Assembly: GCA_963662285.2 (NCBI GenBank)
Contig: CAXXMV010000006.1
Coordinates: 1,664,001 to 1,728,000 of the forward strand
DNA from: a bacterium
GTDB taxonomy: Bacteria; Hinthialibacterota; Hinthialibacteria; Hinthialibacterales; Hinthialibacteraceae
Direction: 5' to 3'
DNA length: 64,000 bases
Shown here: positions 30,616-41,689 of the stretch, in pieces
How positions within the stretch are numbered: the stretch's first letter is position 1
Layout: each line of letters starts with the position of its first letter
Program-made: the position numbers and the translations under genes
Notes under the pieces: model-generated
Seen by the model: the letters and a program-made list of their open reading frames with translations, nothing else
What the model was told of the DNA's origin: nothing
The model's database searches: none

Positions 30616-31920
30616 ATGGTTAGTTCAAAACCTACAAGCAGCTCTAAAAAAATAACTCGGCGTCAATTCACCAAAAACGTTACCGCATCTTCGATAACTA
30701 TGGGTTTGACCGCCTCGTCAGCGCAACGGGTGATGGGCGCCAATGACCGGCTCAACATAGGCGTCATCGGCTGCGGCTCACGCGCCGGCAGTCATATCAA
30801 TATGTTGATGCAATTGCGGGAACAAGACCATCTTCACGACATAGTGGCAGTATGCGACGCATATCGCCCACGACTTCAAAAAGCCGCAGAGATTACGAAA
30901 GCCAGCTTTTCTGCGTCGCGTCATGAAGAACTGCTTGCCCAAAAGGAAATTGATGTTGTTCTGATCGCTACTCCAGAGCATTGGCACGGCTATCAGGCCA
31001 TAGACGCCATGCGCGCCGGTAAGGATGTGTATGTCGAAAAACCGCTGACTCACTGGCGTCAACTCGGGTTGGCCGAAAAAGTGGCCCAAACTGCTCAAGA
31101 GACCGGACGTTTGGTGCAGGTCGGTTGCCAGCGTATGTCTTGCTCCGCTTATCCCCAGGCCAGGGAACTGATTAAAAAAGGGATGATCGGCAAACCGCTT
31201 ATGGCGGAGACCGGATATTTCCGTTTCGGCGATTGGGGAGAACGCGGCATGAAAATCGACGATCCAAACGCAAAACCCGGTCCCGATCTGGATTGGGAAC
31301 GCTTCCTAGGCGACTGCCCCAATCAGGAGTTCAGCGTCAGCCGCTATTTCCGCTGGCGTATGTATTATGATACCGCGGGCGGCCCGATTTCCGACAATTA
31401 TATTCACTTCTACAATCCACTAGCCTACGTGCTTGATCTCGGTTACCCGGACAAAGTGGCTGGCTTGGGCGGGGTATACCGCTTCAAAATCGAGGATATG
31501 CCCGATCCGGTTTATCATCAGCAACGTGAAGTTCCCGATACCTGCAACCTGATCATTGAGTATCCCGATGATTTCGTTGTTACATGCTCCGGCACTCAAG
31601 CCAATTCCTACACGACCTATGGCAGCAATGAAACACCCGTCATACGTGGATGGGATGCGACAATGTTGATTAACCCCTCTGAAATCATCATTCTCAATGC
31701 GGATAATAATCAAGAACTTTACCGAGAATCAGTAAAGCAAGGCATCAGTCAAATACGGTTTTGGGCAGACTTTCTCGAATGCTGCCGCACCCGCCGACAA
31801 CCGCTATCCAATGCAGCCCTCAGCGCTCCGGTCAATACAACCATGCAGATGGGAGTCCTAGCGGTCAGGGGAGAACGCGTAGTCCGATACGATCATGAAA
31901 ATAAACGCATTATTTCTTGA
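30616..31920 (+). CDS. Gfo/Idh/MocA oxidoreductase with Tat signal
   Basis: TRRQF Tat motif, GANDRLNIGVIGCG, IATPEHWH, DVYVEKP. Confidence 0.9.
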   Translation: MVSSKPTSSSKKITRRQFTKNVTASSITMGLTASSAQRVMGANDRLNIGVIGCGSRAGSHINMLMQLREQDHLHDIVAVCDAYRPRLQKAAEITKASFSASRHEELLAQKEIDVVLIATPEHWHGYQAIDAMRAGKDVYVEKPLTHWRQLGLAEKVAQTAQETGRLVQVGCQRMSCSAYPQARELIKKGMIGKPLMAETGYFRFGDWGERGMKIDDPNAKPGPDLDWERFLGDCPNQEFSVSRYFRWRMYYDTAGGPISDNYIHFYNPLAYVLDLGYPDKVAGLGGVYRFKIEDMPDPVYHQQREVPDTCNLIIEYPDDFVVTCSGTQANSYTTYGSNETPVIRGWDATMLINPSEIIILNADNNQELYRESVKQGISQIRFWADFLECCRTRRQPLSNAALSAPVNTTMQMGVLAVRGERVVRYDHENKRIIS

Positions 31921-31935
31921 TTAGGATGCATACCA

Positions 31936-32628
31936 ATGAAATATAAAATTAAGATATGCGGCATCACCAACCGGGATGATTTGGAATTGATTGCGCGTTG
32001 CGGGGCGGATTATGGCGGCGGGTTGATTGAGATTGAGTCGCCCCGTGGTTTGACTTTGGAGACGGCGCAGGATTTGTTTAATGATCCTCCGCTGCCGATG
32101 GTTGCTTTGGTTCTGGATCACTCATTAGAGAAGATGTTGCGCTTCGCCGACGCGCTGCATCCCGCCGTTATGCAATTGCATGGCTATGAGAGTCCTGAAA
32201 CTGTGGCGGCATTAAAAGCACAGGTTAATTGCGAATTGTGGAAAGTTATCCACCTTCCTGCAGCAGAGAATGATGAGCCTGTGGATATTGAGGGCGCTCT
32301 TGAGGAAATAGGACGATATGCTCAAGCCGGGGCTGATTGTTTTCTGGTGGATGCAACGGTAACGCGCCAGGGTAAGACGCATCTTGGAGGAACCGGAAAG
32401 ACGGTGGATTGGCAGGCTGCTAGGAGTATCAAAAAACGCATCGATAAGCCATTCATCCTGGCGGGGGGAATTAATCCCGGCAACGTCACTGAAGCGGTTA
32501 GGGTGGTGCAGCCCTACGCGGTTGATTTATCTTCTGGAGTGGAATTGACTAAAGGGAAGAAAGACCCTGATAAGGTATTAGACCTGATCGCCAAGGTTCG
32601 CGCTTGCGAGGATTATGATATTTGCTAG
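31936..32628 (+). CDS. trpF: Phosphoribosylanthranilate isomerase
   Basis: IKICGIT, QLHGYE, GGTGKTVDW, LAGGINPGNV, VDLSSGVE..GKKD. Confidence 0.93.
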   Translation: MKYKIKICGITNRDDLELIARCGADYGGGLIEIESPRGLTLETAQDLFNDPPLPMVALVLDHSLEKMLRFADALHPAVMQLHGYESPETVAALKAQVNCELWKVIHLPAAENDEPVDIEGALEEIGRYAQAGADCFLVDATVTRQGKTHLGGTGKTVDWQAARSIKKRIDKPFILAGGINPGNVTEAVRVVQPYAVDLSSGVELTKGKKDPDKVLDLIAKVRACEDYDIC

Positions 32629-32637
32629 CCGCTTATA

Positions 32638-33129
32638 TTAGTTTCGTTTGCTATGCTGCATGACGCGGTATTGATCTTCGATATCCTGTTTCCACCATAA
32701 TTTACCGCTGAGGATGGTGATGGCTATTCCTATCAGGAACGGCCCTGGTGAGAAGATGGGGGGCAGGTAGAAAAAGCCTGTGCTGAGCAGGGTGATGATG
32801 ATTCCCGCAAAGATAGTGGTGCGGATCACCTTCCATTCAGCTGGATCAAAGAATTTCCTTACGCAACGTTTGTTAAACCACGGCGCTGAACCGACCAGCA
32901 TAATCCAACTGCCAATTAGAGAGATGAAGCCATGATGGCTATCGATTACATAGGCCGACGCAAAACCCGCAATCACAATTGCAAATCCAAACGCGAATAG
33001 TATCTTGCGGTTTGCTAAAGGGCCGGGCAAATGATCGGTCAGGGAGAACCGTACCTGGTCTGATATAAACGCGTAGACGATTCCAAGCAGTCCCAGAAGG
33101 AAGAACAGAATCGTTTCAGTCGTTAACAT
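32638..33129 (-). CDS. Hypothetical integral membrane protein
   Basis: About 5 hydrophobic segments; GGAG upstream of the ATG. Confidence 0.65.
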   Translation of the reverse strand: MLTTETILFFLLGLLGIVYAFISDQVRFSLTDHLPGPLANRKILFAFGFAIVIAGFASAYVIDSHHGFISLIGSWIMLVGSAPWFNKRCVRKFFDPAEWKVIRTTIFAGIIITLLSTGFFYLPPIFSPGPFLIGIAITILSGKLWWKQDIEDQYRVMQHSKRN

Positions 33130-33161
33130 GCTATATATACTCCATTGTTTTTGTTAGATCA

Positions 33162-33254
33162 AAATTCTCCCCCCAAGTTTGGGGGGAGTTAGAGGGGGGT
33201 TGTGTTTATACGAAACAACCCCCTCCTAACCTCCCCCAGGCTTGGTGGAGGAAT
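33162..33254. repeat. Intergenic palindromic repeat doublet (CTCCCCCC..GGGGGAG-TTAGAGGGGGG family)
   Basis: Left hairpin plus GTTAGAGGGGGGTTGT pairing with ACAACCCCCTCCTAAC plus a second hairpin; near-identical copy at 39068. Confidence 0.75.
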
Positions 33255-33261
33255 CAGACAT

Positions 33262-33444
33262 TTATGATGCATCGGTTTCTTGTTCTTCGCAAGAGTCTGT
33301 TTTCGCCTCATCTTGATCGCTATTCTTGTTAAGGCGTTGGAGCACATCTTCTATGGGAACCATTCCCCAGTCAGGCAAACCAAGTTTCTTTCGTTTTTCC
33401 ATGATGGCGTGGATCATTTTCTTCATCACTTCTTCACTGGCCAC
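33262..33444 (-). CDS. Small hypothetical protein
   Basis: GTG start after GGGAGA; fills the gap downstream of acpS; no recognisable motif. Confidence 0.45.
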   Translation of the reverse strand: MASEEVMKKMIHAIMEKRKKLGLPDWGMVPIEDVLQRLNKNSDQDEAKTDSCEEQETDAS

Positions 33445-33517
33445 AGGTAATCTCCCATTAACGTCAATAAATCATAATACTCTGCTGTCGGTATCAATCC
33501 AAGGATTTTGATTTTTA

Positions 33518-33898
33518 TTATTTTTCCAGAATGACATAAGCGATAGCGTTGTCGCCGTCGTGACTGATGGAGACGAAACTGTGGGCAACGCCTTTTTGGT
33601 TGTAGAGATCAAGAGCGCGGTTTTCAAAATGCAGCACTGGTTTTCCGGTCTCTTCGTGGCTGATGTAGATGTCGGTCCAGGCCAACCCTTTACCGGGGAA
33701 ATCGCCCAGGGCTTTGAGGGCGGCTTCTTTGACGGCGAAGCATCCCGCCAAATATTCGGTATTTTTCTTGCGTTTTTCAGAAAACTCTATTTCGCTGGGA
33801 TGAAATACCCGGTTCAAAAAACGGGCGCCATATCTTTCGATGCTCTCTCCGATTCGGGGGATAACTGCGATATCAATGCCGATGCCGATTATTGCCAT
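33518..33898 (-). CDS. acpS: Holo-ACP synthase
   Basis: IIGIGIDI, FAVKEAALKALG, GKP, VSISHDGDNAIAYV. Confidence 0.93.
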   Translation of the reverse strand: MAIIGIGIDIAVIPRIGESIERYGARFLNRVFHPSEIEFSEKRKKNTEYLAGCFAVKEAALKALGDFPGKGLAWTDIYISHEETGKPVLHFENRALDLYNQKGVAHSFVSISHDGDNAIAYVILEK

Positions 33899-33904
33899 AA
33901 TATT

Positions 33905-34591
33905 TTATTGACTCTTCGCCATATATTCAGTGACTATGCAGCTCAGTTTATCGATTACCTGATCCTGGGTCAGTCCGGATGTATCGACCACCATTGCATT
34001 ATCCGAGATGGTGAGCGCTCCCACGGGACGCGCTTTGTCGCGTTGGTCGCGTTCCATCAGGTCGGACAAGGTTTTTTCATAGGTCACATCTTTACCTTTA
34101 GCCTGCAACTCTTTAAATCTCCGATCCGCCCGAATCTTGGGGTCGGCGTCGAGATATATTTGAATCTCTGCGTCAGGGAAAACAACTGTAGTAATGTCGC
34201 GTCCCTCCATGACCACGCCGCCTTGTTTTCCCATCTCTTGTTGGAGTGCTACAAGTCGCTGTCGGACTTGTGGATTATCGGCCACTGGCGAGGTGGCGGC
34301 GCTGACTTCGGGAGAGCGGATATCATCAGTAACTTCATAGGTTCCACTGAATACCTTTAGGACGCCATCTGTTCGCTCCAACCTGATATCGGTTTTCGCC
34401 GCTAAATCAGCAACTGCACCACGGTCATCAAGATTAAAGCCGCCGCGCAGCGCCATCAGCGCAACAGTGCGGTACATGGCGCCGGTATCAATATAAAGGA
34501 ACGCCAAACGGTCGGCCAATGAAGAGGCGACGCTGCTTTTGCCCACTCCGACAGGGCCATCTATGGCAACAATAGGTTTATCGCGTTTCAT
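33905..34591 (-). CDS. cmk: Cytidylate kinase
   Basis: IDGPVGVGKSS, DTGAMYR, VMEGRDITTVVFPDA, RDQRD. Confidence 0.95.
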   Translation of the reverse strand: MKRDKPIVAIDGPVGVGKSSVASSLADRLAFLYIDTGAMYRTVALMALRGGFNLDDRGAVADLAAKTDIRLERTDGVLKVFSGTYEVTDDIRSPEVSAATSPVADNPQVRQRLVALQQEMGKQGGVVMEGRDITTVVFPDAEIQIYLDADPKIRADRRFKELQAKGKDVTYEKTLSDLMERDQRDKARPVGALTISDNAMVVDTSGLTQDQVIDKLSCIVTEYMAKSQ

Positions 34592-35935
34592 GAAATTTGC
34601 GTCGCCTTTCCAGCGCTTAAGTCGTTGAGTAGTTCATAGAATACCGGGAACGATGTAGCAATGGGGCCGGTTCCATTGATAGTAGTATCTCCGGTCGCCG
34701 CTAGAGCGGCGATGGATAATGACATGGCGATGCGGTGGTCTCCATAGGAGAAACAGTCAGCGCCTTGGAATTTAGAACCACCAGTAACGGTAAAGCCGTC
34801 TTCGCGTTCTCCCAGTTCGACGCCCATTTTGCTTAATTCCTGGACGATGGTGGAGATGCGGTCTGATTCCTTGACCCGCAACTCCTCGGCTTCTTCGACC
34901 ACGGTAGGAGAACTGGCGCTAGCCGCAGCCACCGCGAAGATGGGGAATTCATCTATCATGCGAACCACTGTTTCTCCGCTAACCTTGGTTCCCTGGAGAG
35001 GCTTATATTTTATCAGGATATCCGCTACCGGCTCTGCGCCGAAATAGCGTTGGTTTCTAATAGTAATATCCGCGCCCATGCTTTTTAGAACATCCATTAA
35101 ACCAGTTCGGGTTGGATTGACGCCGACATCCTGGATTAGCAGTTCGGAATCAGGAATGATGCAAGCAGCAACCATGAAGAATGCTGCAGAAGAGAAATCT
35201 CCGGGGATCATGACATCACGCGCCTGAAGAGTTTGGCCTCCTTCGAGCTGCAACGGTAAGATCATGGCAAATCGAGGCTGACGCCGAATGTTTTTCAGCA
35301 TCCGTTCGGTATGATCGCGGGATAAAGCCGGTTCTTTAACTTCGGTGCGTCCTACAGCCATTAAACCCGCCAACAAAATGGCTGACTTAACTTGAGCGTC
35401 TGGCTACGGGAGATTGGAAATTTACAGCCTGTAAGGTTGCCGCCTTGAACTTTTTATAGGAAGATCACTGTCTTCTTGCAAGTGGAGTAAATCTGGCGCC
35501 CATTTGGCTCAGAGGTTTGGTGATGCGTCCCATGGGGCGGCTGCGTAGTGATGCATCTCCGGTCAGGGAGACCGTGGAAATCCTGTCCAGCCAGGATTCC
35601 CATTAAGAGACGAGTTCCGGTACCGGAGTGTACCCATATCAAGCATATTTTCAGGGCATTTCAGGGCCATGCATTCCAGCGCCCTGGATGATCATGCGGT
35701 CATCCTTTTTTTCGGATATAACGCCCATCTGCCTGAATGCTTCCAATGTGGCATGATTGCAATCTCCGCTTTCCAGAAATCCTGAGATTGAGGTGGTTTC
35801 CTTCCGCCAGCGAACCAAGCATAACAGCTCTAAATGAGAGATCGATTTATCACCGGGAACCTTCATAGTTCCTTGCAAAGGATCAGAAGGTTGAATGCGA
35901 TAAACGCCTTGAGTCAAATGATCGTCTAATGCCAT
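34588..35935 (-). pseudogene. aroA: EPSP synthase, frameshifted in its 5' half (probably sequencing error)
   Basis: VPGDKSISH, SGTGTRLLMGILAGQ, SRDHTERML, PGDFSSAAFF, NPTRTG, IDEFP, ELRVKESDR, GDHRIAM spread over several frames. Confidence 0.85.
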
Positions 35936-36062
35936 GAATATATCCTTCTTTATTATTAAAAATTGCGTGTGTAAGCGATGTGAATTCTTGAAAAAAATTC
36001 GATCTGGATTACACAAATCACTCTAGCATTCCATAGCCTAAAATCAAGTAGTTATACATATT

Positions 36063-37880
36063 TTAACTCATGTCATTAATATCAGGGAATATCCTTGATA
36101 TGGATCAGGAACTCTTCGGGTTTGATAAAAGGCGTTGATTCGTTTGTCATCCATGATATTTCCCTGTGAATCATAGAAAACAAGCAGCGGCAAACCGACT
36201 ATGCCATATTGTTCCGTAATCTTTTTGGCTTCTTCTGAGTTATCCACCGGTCAAATCGACTTTGATGCTGATAAAGCGCTGATTCAGCGCATGAGCCGCT
36301 TGTTCATCATGAAAAGTGTAATGATCGATCTCTTTACACAGGGTGCACCATTCGGCCCAGAAATCGATTATTACAGGCTTCTGCTGTTCTTTTAGCCAGC
36401 GCTAATCCTTCTTCAAGGGGTGAATATCCAATTCACTTGACCTTGTCCCATTTTGGCTTGGCTGACAATGGGCAGATAGATAGATATAACGTCATAGGAT
36501 GATACCGAGTATTTTGCGGAATCGCACTACCATATCGGAGTGAATGGAATGAAAGATGTATGGCGCCGATAGATGCGCCGATGATGAAAGTGACAAGGCT
36601 TACAACGATAAGGGTGGTTGATCTAGTGATATCCGGTTGAAGGATAGTAAATGCGTTCTTGAGGAAATAGAGCGCGCAGACAAACAGGATGATAGCGAGA
36701 AACGCTTTTAACGCCATCCATTCCAACCGCCCGATTTTTGGCAAATGGGACAGGCATACCTGAATAGGTTCCAATGACCAGGAACAGGGTTCCCAGACCC
36801 AGCGAGGTAAACCTGTAATAGCGCAATGCCCATAAGTGGATTGCCGGTAGTGGCTACGATAAGCTAGGATGCCCGCCAGCACCGGGCCAGTGCATGGGAG
36901 CTGCTACGACCCCGGCTACCAGCCCCATCAGGAATGCGCTTACATAACCCTCACCGCCGACTTTGGTGAGTCCTGATTGCAGGGATGAAGGCAGTTGCAA
37001 CTCAAAGGCGCCCAGCATGGATATCCCCATTGCCGTGAAGAACAGGGCGATGACGCCAACGATCCAGGGGTTGCTGAGAAACTGTCCGAATACCGCCCCG
37101 GTCACCGTCTGCGAAATATCCTAAAGCTGAATACATCATTACTATGCCCAGAACATAGGTTGCCGCGAGCGAGAAAGCGTGGAAATGTACTGCGGGTTTT
37201 TCTGGCGCCGAAGATGGCTGACGGTGATGGGGGATTAGGGGATATACGCATGGGGTTTAAACTGGTTAATAATCCCATCACATATACAAAGAGAAATGTA
37301 AGGAAAAAACCTCGCGAAAAGAAATCTTCACTGGATGCCGCACGGATTGAAGAAGCCTCTGACGTAGTAGACTTGGTTTCTTGCACCTCAATCGCGCTCG
37401 AACCGTCGCCTTGGGCAACTTTTATGGCAACTGGAAACTCACGGGTAGTGGGAAAATAGCACAGTTCAGTTGAACATCCCTGATAACGGACGGTTACTTT
37501 GATATCCATTGCGCCGACAGGGGGCTTCTGGAGATAGGTGTGAACGGTTATTTTGAAAGTATTGGCGCTCTGCGTATTATTTCTTTTTCAAGGTTATCCA
37601 GTGGATCGATTTTCTTTTTCGTCTTGGCGTATATAGGCTCGCCTGCAATGAAACCTTCCGGACCTTCTGCGGAGATAGACGTCATATTTCGGTATACAAT
37701 GTGGTCATCCTGCAACGGTAAGAGTCAGTTCAATTTGGCCTGCATTGCCCTGGGCTGTTTTTTATCTCTGATGTAGATAGAGACCAAGCGAATATCTTAT
37801 CCAACTCATCGGGTTGTGGGCGTAAGTGGATAGAGCAACTGACGCGAATAGTAAAATGAAAAGAGTATAGAACGTCTCAT
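36063..37880 (-). pseudogene. dsbD: Thiol:disulfide interchange protein DsbD, multiply frameshifted
   Basis: Fragments: signal peptide, YQGCSTELCYFP, GLLTSL, GAFELQLP..GLVAGVVAAP, thioredoxin IDFWAEWCxxCKE. Confidence 0.75.
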
Positions 37881-39047
37881 GATCGCCTCTCTGATGGTTG
37901 TTGATGTGAATATATGCGTGAGTAAAACGTAACGGTTTTGAAATGATTATATACAAGTATAAGTCTGAATTTAATAAACCTCAGGCCATTTGTAGAGATA
38001 CTTTTTGGGTCTAGAACAGGCGCGGCGATTTCGTATGATTCATGTTGTTGATTGCGGGTGATGTCAGCCCATTCATCTATGGCTTGGAATATCTCATGGA
38101 TTGTTTCCAGTTGAAATACCTTGTCTCGTAGTGGGCGTATATTCCGGTATCCTTTGACATACCAACTGAACTGCTTGCGCATTTCATGGGTTCCGCGTTT
38201 TTCACCCTTCCATTTTGCGGATCGCTCCATGTGTTGTTTCAAAACCCGACAGGCGTTGGTCAAGGCCGGGCGACGGATTGATTTGGCCTGATTCAAGGTA
38301 ATCAATCACTTCTTTGAATACCCAGGGATTTGCCATAAGACACCGCGCAGCGACCGATCATGACTCCATCGCAGCCGGTCTGGTCAAGCATCCGCTTGGC
38401 GCTGACAGCGTCAACCACATCGCCGGTTGCCGATTACCGGGATATCGAGATATTGCTTTAGGTCGCCGATCCAATTCCATTGCGCTTCGCCGCTCGAATC
38501 CCATCATGCGGGTGCGGGCGTGTAATATGATAGCGTCGCAACCTTCACCCTGCGCAAATATCGCCGATAAGACGGTAGTTCAGTGACTGGAGGTTGACTC
38601 CACCGCGAATTTTTACTGACACATGTCGTTTAGTGGCTCTACGCATCTCGCGTATGACATAGACCACGTTGGGTCGGAAATACAGTTAAACCGCAGCCGG
38701 AGCCGTTTTTGAAGACTTTTTTTCACCGGGCAGCCCAGGTTCAGGTTGACGCCATCAACTCCCATATCATCCAGCATGCGGATTGAATCATATATACTAT
38801 CCGGTTCGCTGCCGAATATCTGTACAATCAGTGGATGCTCATCACGGCACTCTTCAATCATTTGCACGGAACCGCGATTTCGTTCTTTTATCCCCCGTGC
38901 GCTGATCAGCTCGGAAAAAGTGAGGGGACAGCCGTGCATACGTGCGATGTCGCGCGTCGCCCGGTCAGTTACGCCCGCGATAGGCGCCAGCATAACCTTA
39001 GGAAATTCGATATTAGGTTTTACGCCTCTTGGCGGTTTAACAGCCAT
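37877..39047 (-). pseudogene. dusB: tRNA-dihydrouridine synthase B, multiply frameshifted (3' end approximate)
   Basis: LAPIAGVTD, VQIFGSEP, NLNLGCPVKK, HARTR, EMRKQFSWYVKG in different frames. Confidence 0.8.
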
Positions 39048-39067
39048 GATTCTCTTTCGGACGAAGC

Positions 39068-39164
39068 AAATTCTCCCCCCAAGTCTGGGGGTGAGTTAGA
39101 GGGGGGTTGTGTTTTGACGAATTGAACCCGGTTCTAAAATCTACCCCAAATTTGGAGAAGGGGA
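39068..39164. repeat. Second copy of the CTCCCCCC..GGGG palindromic repeat
   Basis: AAATTCTCCCCCCAAGTCTGGGGGTGAGTTAGAGGGGGGTTGTGTTT, nearly identical to 33162-33207; right half degenerate. Confidence 0.7.
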
Positions 39165-39194
39165 TAATACATATAATTTAGCTAAACTATTCCC

Positions 39195-40224
39195 TTATTT
39201 TAAGTGTTTCTCAAACCAGGCAAGGGTTTTCGCGCCACATTTCGGGAGTATATTTTATGGCCGATTCCCGGATATATAATATCTTTGAAGCAATCCGGCT
39301 TATTATAAAGCCCCGAAGATGCTGCTTAACAAATGAGTTGTAATGGCATTTACTCCATCAATCGGAGAGCCTCCATCCTGATCTCCGGTTTGGGTCATTA
39401 ACGGCCTGGGGAGCGATTAATCCAACCACTGCTTCCATATCTCTATACCATGATGCAGCACATTGGGAACATAGTAGTAGATGCCATGCTGGTTGTTTTC
39501 ACCGTGTGTTGGATTATGTTTTTGATAACGGGTAAGGGCAGCATACGCAAACCCGCCCGCGCTGATGCGCTCATCCAGAGCAGACAGCCACCAGCTGCGC
39601 GTGCTTCCCATGCTCATAACCAGTGGCGCCGATACGTTTTGGATCGACTTCCGGTAGGGAGAGAAGATAATTCAGCGCCAGTTGATCATCCCGGATCATC
39701 ATGCCCCATAGAGTTTTTGCCTTGCCAGATAAACTGTTTGAATAACGCCGTTTCGGTTTTTTTGGCCGCTTTCACGGTCTCCCGCCGGACCTTGATGCTG
39801 GCGCTCGCCGAAACCATAAGCATCGATAGCGAGCACAACGTATCCCGTTTGAGTAAGCGTTTCTAAAGGCGGCTTATCTACTGGATAATTCTTAAGAACT
39901 TCTTCTTTGCCGTTTGTCATACTCGCCACCATGATAATGGGTGATAGAGAATGGCCCGGCCCAGGTTCAGTTCTTTGGTCAGGGATGGCGAAGATAGCCG
40001 TAAACCATGTCGCCAACGCCATTCTTGAAACTGGATTTTTCTGAAGAGAATAACCGTTGCGCTGTTCGTATCTGGTGATTTCAGGCTTTGGCGTAAAAAA
40101 GGGGCGGCAGATTGCCTAATAATTGCCATAAGTTATTACGTAGAGGTTCTTTTTGTTGATCCCATTCAGCAGCGCCAGAAGGCATGGGATATGAAAAATG
40201 TCTCAAATTTGTCCAGAAAGTCAT
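39195..40224 (-). pseudogene. Dienelactone hydrolase/acetylxylan esterase-like alpha/beta hydrolase, frameshifted
   Basis: GYVVLAIDAYGFGER, GMSMGSTRSWWLSALDERI, HGIYYYVP fragments in several frames. Confidence 0.7.
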
Positions 40225-40578
40225 TTATTTAAACTCCTATTTACAGAAGCCAGTATTTTTGTATTGATGAACCATACAAGAAACAGATTTTATAAGACAT
40301 ATTAAAAGGCTGCAATAATGCCATTTTAGTGCATTTTATTCTTATTAAATTGATAAAATGTTGAATTAATTTTGTGTAAGAACCAATAAAAAACATATAT
40401 TTAGGTATTGATGTAAAATTCATTCAAATTATCGAAAGAATATATAAAAAATTACTTTTTCATTGGTAAAAAAATCCTGTATATCTAATAATGGTTAATA
40501 ATATTTAAAACACATATAAATAAAATATGTAAAGTTTATATTATCCAGAAAGTTAAAGAAGCGAAAGGAGATAATACA

Positions 40579-40782
40579 GTGGCTCGAGGAGTTGTTAAAT
40601 GGTTTAATGTGGAGAAAGGATACGGATTTATCCAGCAAGACGAAGGAAATGATATCTTTGTCCACTATACAGGAATCAAAGGAGACGGATTTCGCAAATT
40701 GGAAGAAGGCCAGACTCTTGAGTTCGAGGTCACTGATGGTAAAAAAGGACCACAGGCTATCAATGTAGTGATTGTTGATTAA
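40579..40782 (+). CDS. cspA: Cold-shock protein
   Basis: [28 protein letters not shown]; AAGGAG SD. Confidence 0.93.
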   Translation: MARGVVKWFNVEKGYGFIQQDEGNDIFVHYTGIKGDGFRKLEEGQTLEFEVTDGKKGPQAINVVIVD

Positions 40783-40808
40783 TTTTTTATAAATAGGAAT
40801 TAAATTTC

Positions 40809-40841
40809 AAGCGCCCGAAGTATATTACGGGTGCTTTTTTT
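40809..40841 (+). terminator. Rho-independent terminator
   Basis: AAGCGCCCG...CGGGTGCTT followed by a T-run. Confidence 0.7.
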
Positions 40842-41045
40842 ATGCTTTGAATTTTTTAATTTGTCGTTTATTCAATAATTATTCATCTATAATATTTATG
40901 ATTGGTGATTGATTGTGGGTTCTGGTGATTATTTTGTATTGTTTCATGATTGTTGGTAATTCCTATAGACCAACAATAGACGGATATGATATAAATATGA
41001 TGAATTATTTTAGGATTTATATATTACAGGTTTGGTAAAAATATA

Positions 41046-41654
41046 ATGAGAAAATCAGGTTTTACTCTAATCGAATTGCTGATCGTTGTAGCAATAATCG
41101 GTATACTAGCGGCTATTGCCGTACCGAATTTTATTAATGCGCAGATTAGAGCCAAAATTACGCGAGCGGCTGCGGATATGCGTAGCGTTGGAGTTGCTTT
41201 CGGGGCTTATTCGGTTGATCACAATGATTTTCCTTTGGGAATTATATCGTTTCTTAATCCCCGCGAAGCGCATAGTTGGGGATTTTTGCCTGAACGTTTG
41301 ACGAGTCCCGTTCCTTATATGAGTTCGCTCCCTGTCGATGAATTCAATATCAATTACAAGATATATGGAAACACTGATTCAACTGGTCCTATGAAAAAGG
41401 ATGATCCACACGCCCGTTATAGAACCGCCCGTAAAAAACCATTTGCAGGTACTGACCTGAATCAGTGGAAAGCCGGTTGGAAAAACATGCTGGCGAAAAC
41501 CGGCATCGATGGTGAATATATCCTGACCAGCCCCGGCCCCGATAAGGTGGAGGATATTCTTCCCGCCTATAATCCTCATCCCTATGCTATCAGTAATGGA
41601 TTATTGAGTTCGGGTGATATTGTGTATACTCCCGGTGGGATAGCGGGACTTTGA
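41046..41654 (+). CDS. Prepilin-type N-terminal cleavage/methylation protein (GspG-like)
   Basis: G|FTLIELLIVVAIIGILAAIAVPNF; LTSPVPY; SPGPD; YAISNGLLSSGDI. Confidence 0.9.
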   Translation: MRKSGFTLIELLIVVAIIGILAAIAVPNFINAQIRAKITRAAADMRSVGVAFGAYSVDHNDFPLGIISFLNPREAHSWGFLPERLTSPVPYMSSLPVDEFNINYKIYGNTDSTGPMKKDDPHARYRTARKKPFAGTDLNQWKAGWKNMLAKTGIDGEYILTSPGPDKVEDILPAYNPHPYAISNGLLSSGDIVYTPGGIAGL

Positions 41655-41689
41655 TTTTTATATCTTATCAATATGTGAAAGGAGTTTTT

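Noticed and set aside
33560-34360. 266-aa plus-strand ORF
   Set aside because: Antisense to acpS/cmk
35280-40224. Programmed frameshifting or alternative genetic code
   Set aside because: Breaks are many, irregular indels confined to one block; all three standard stops end intact genes elsewhere
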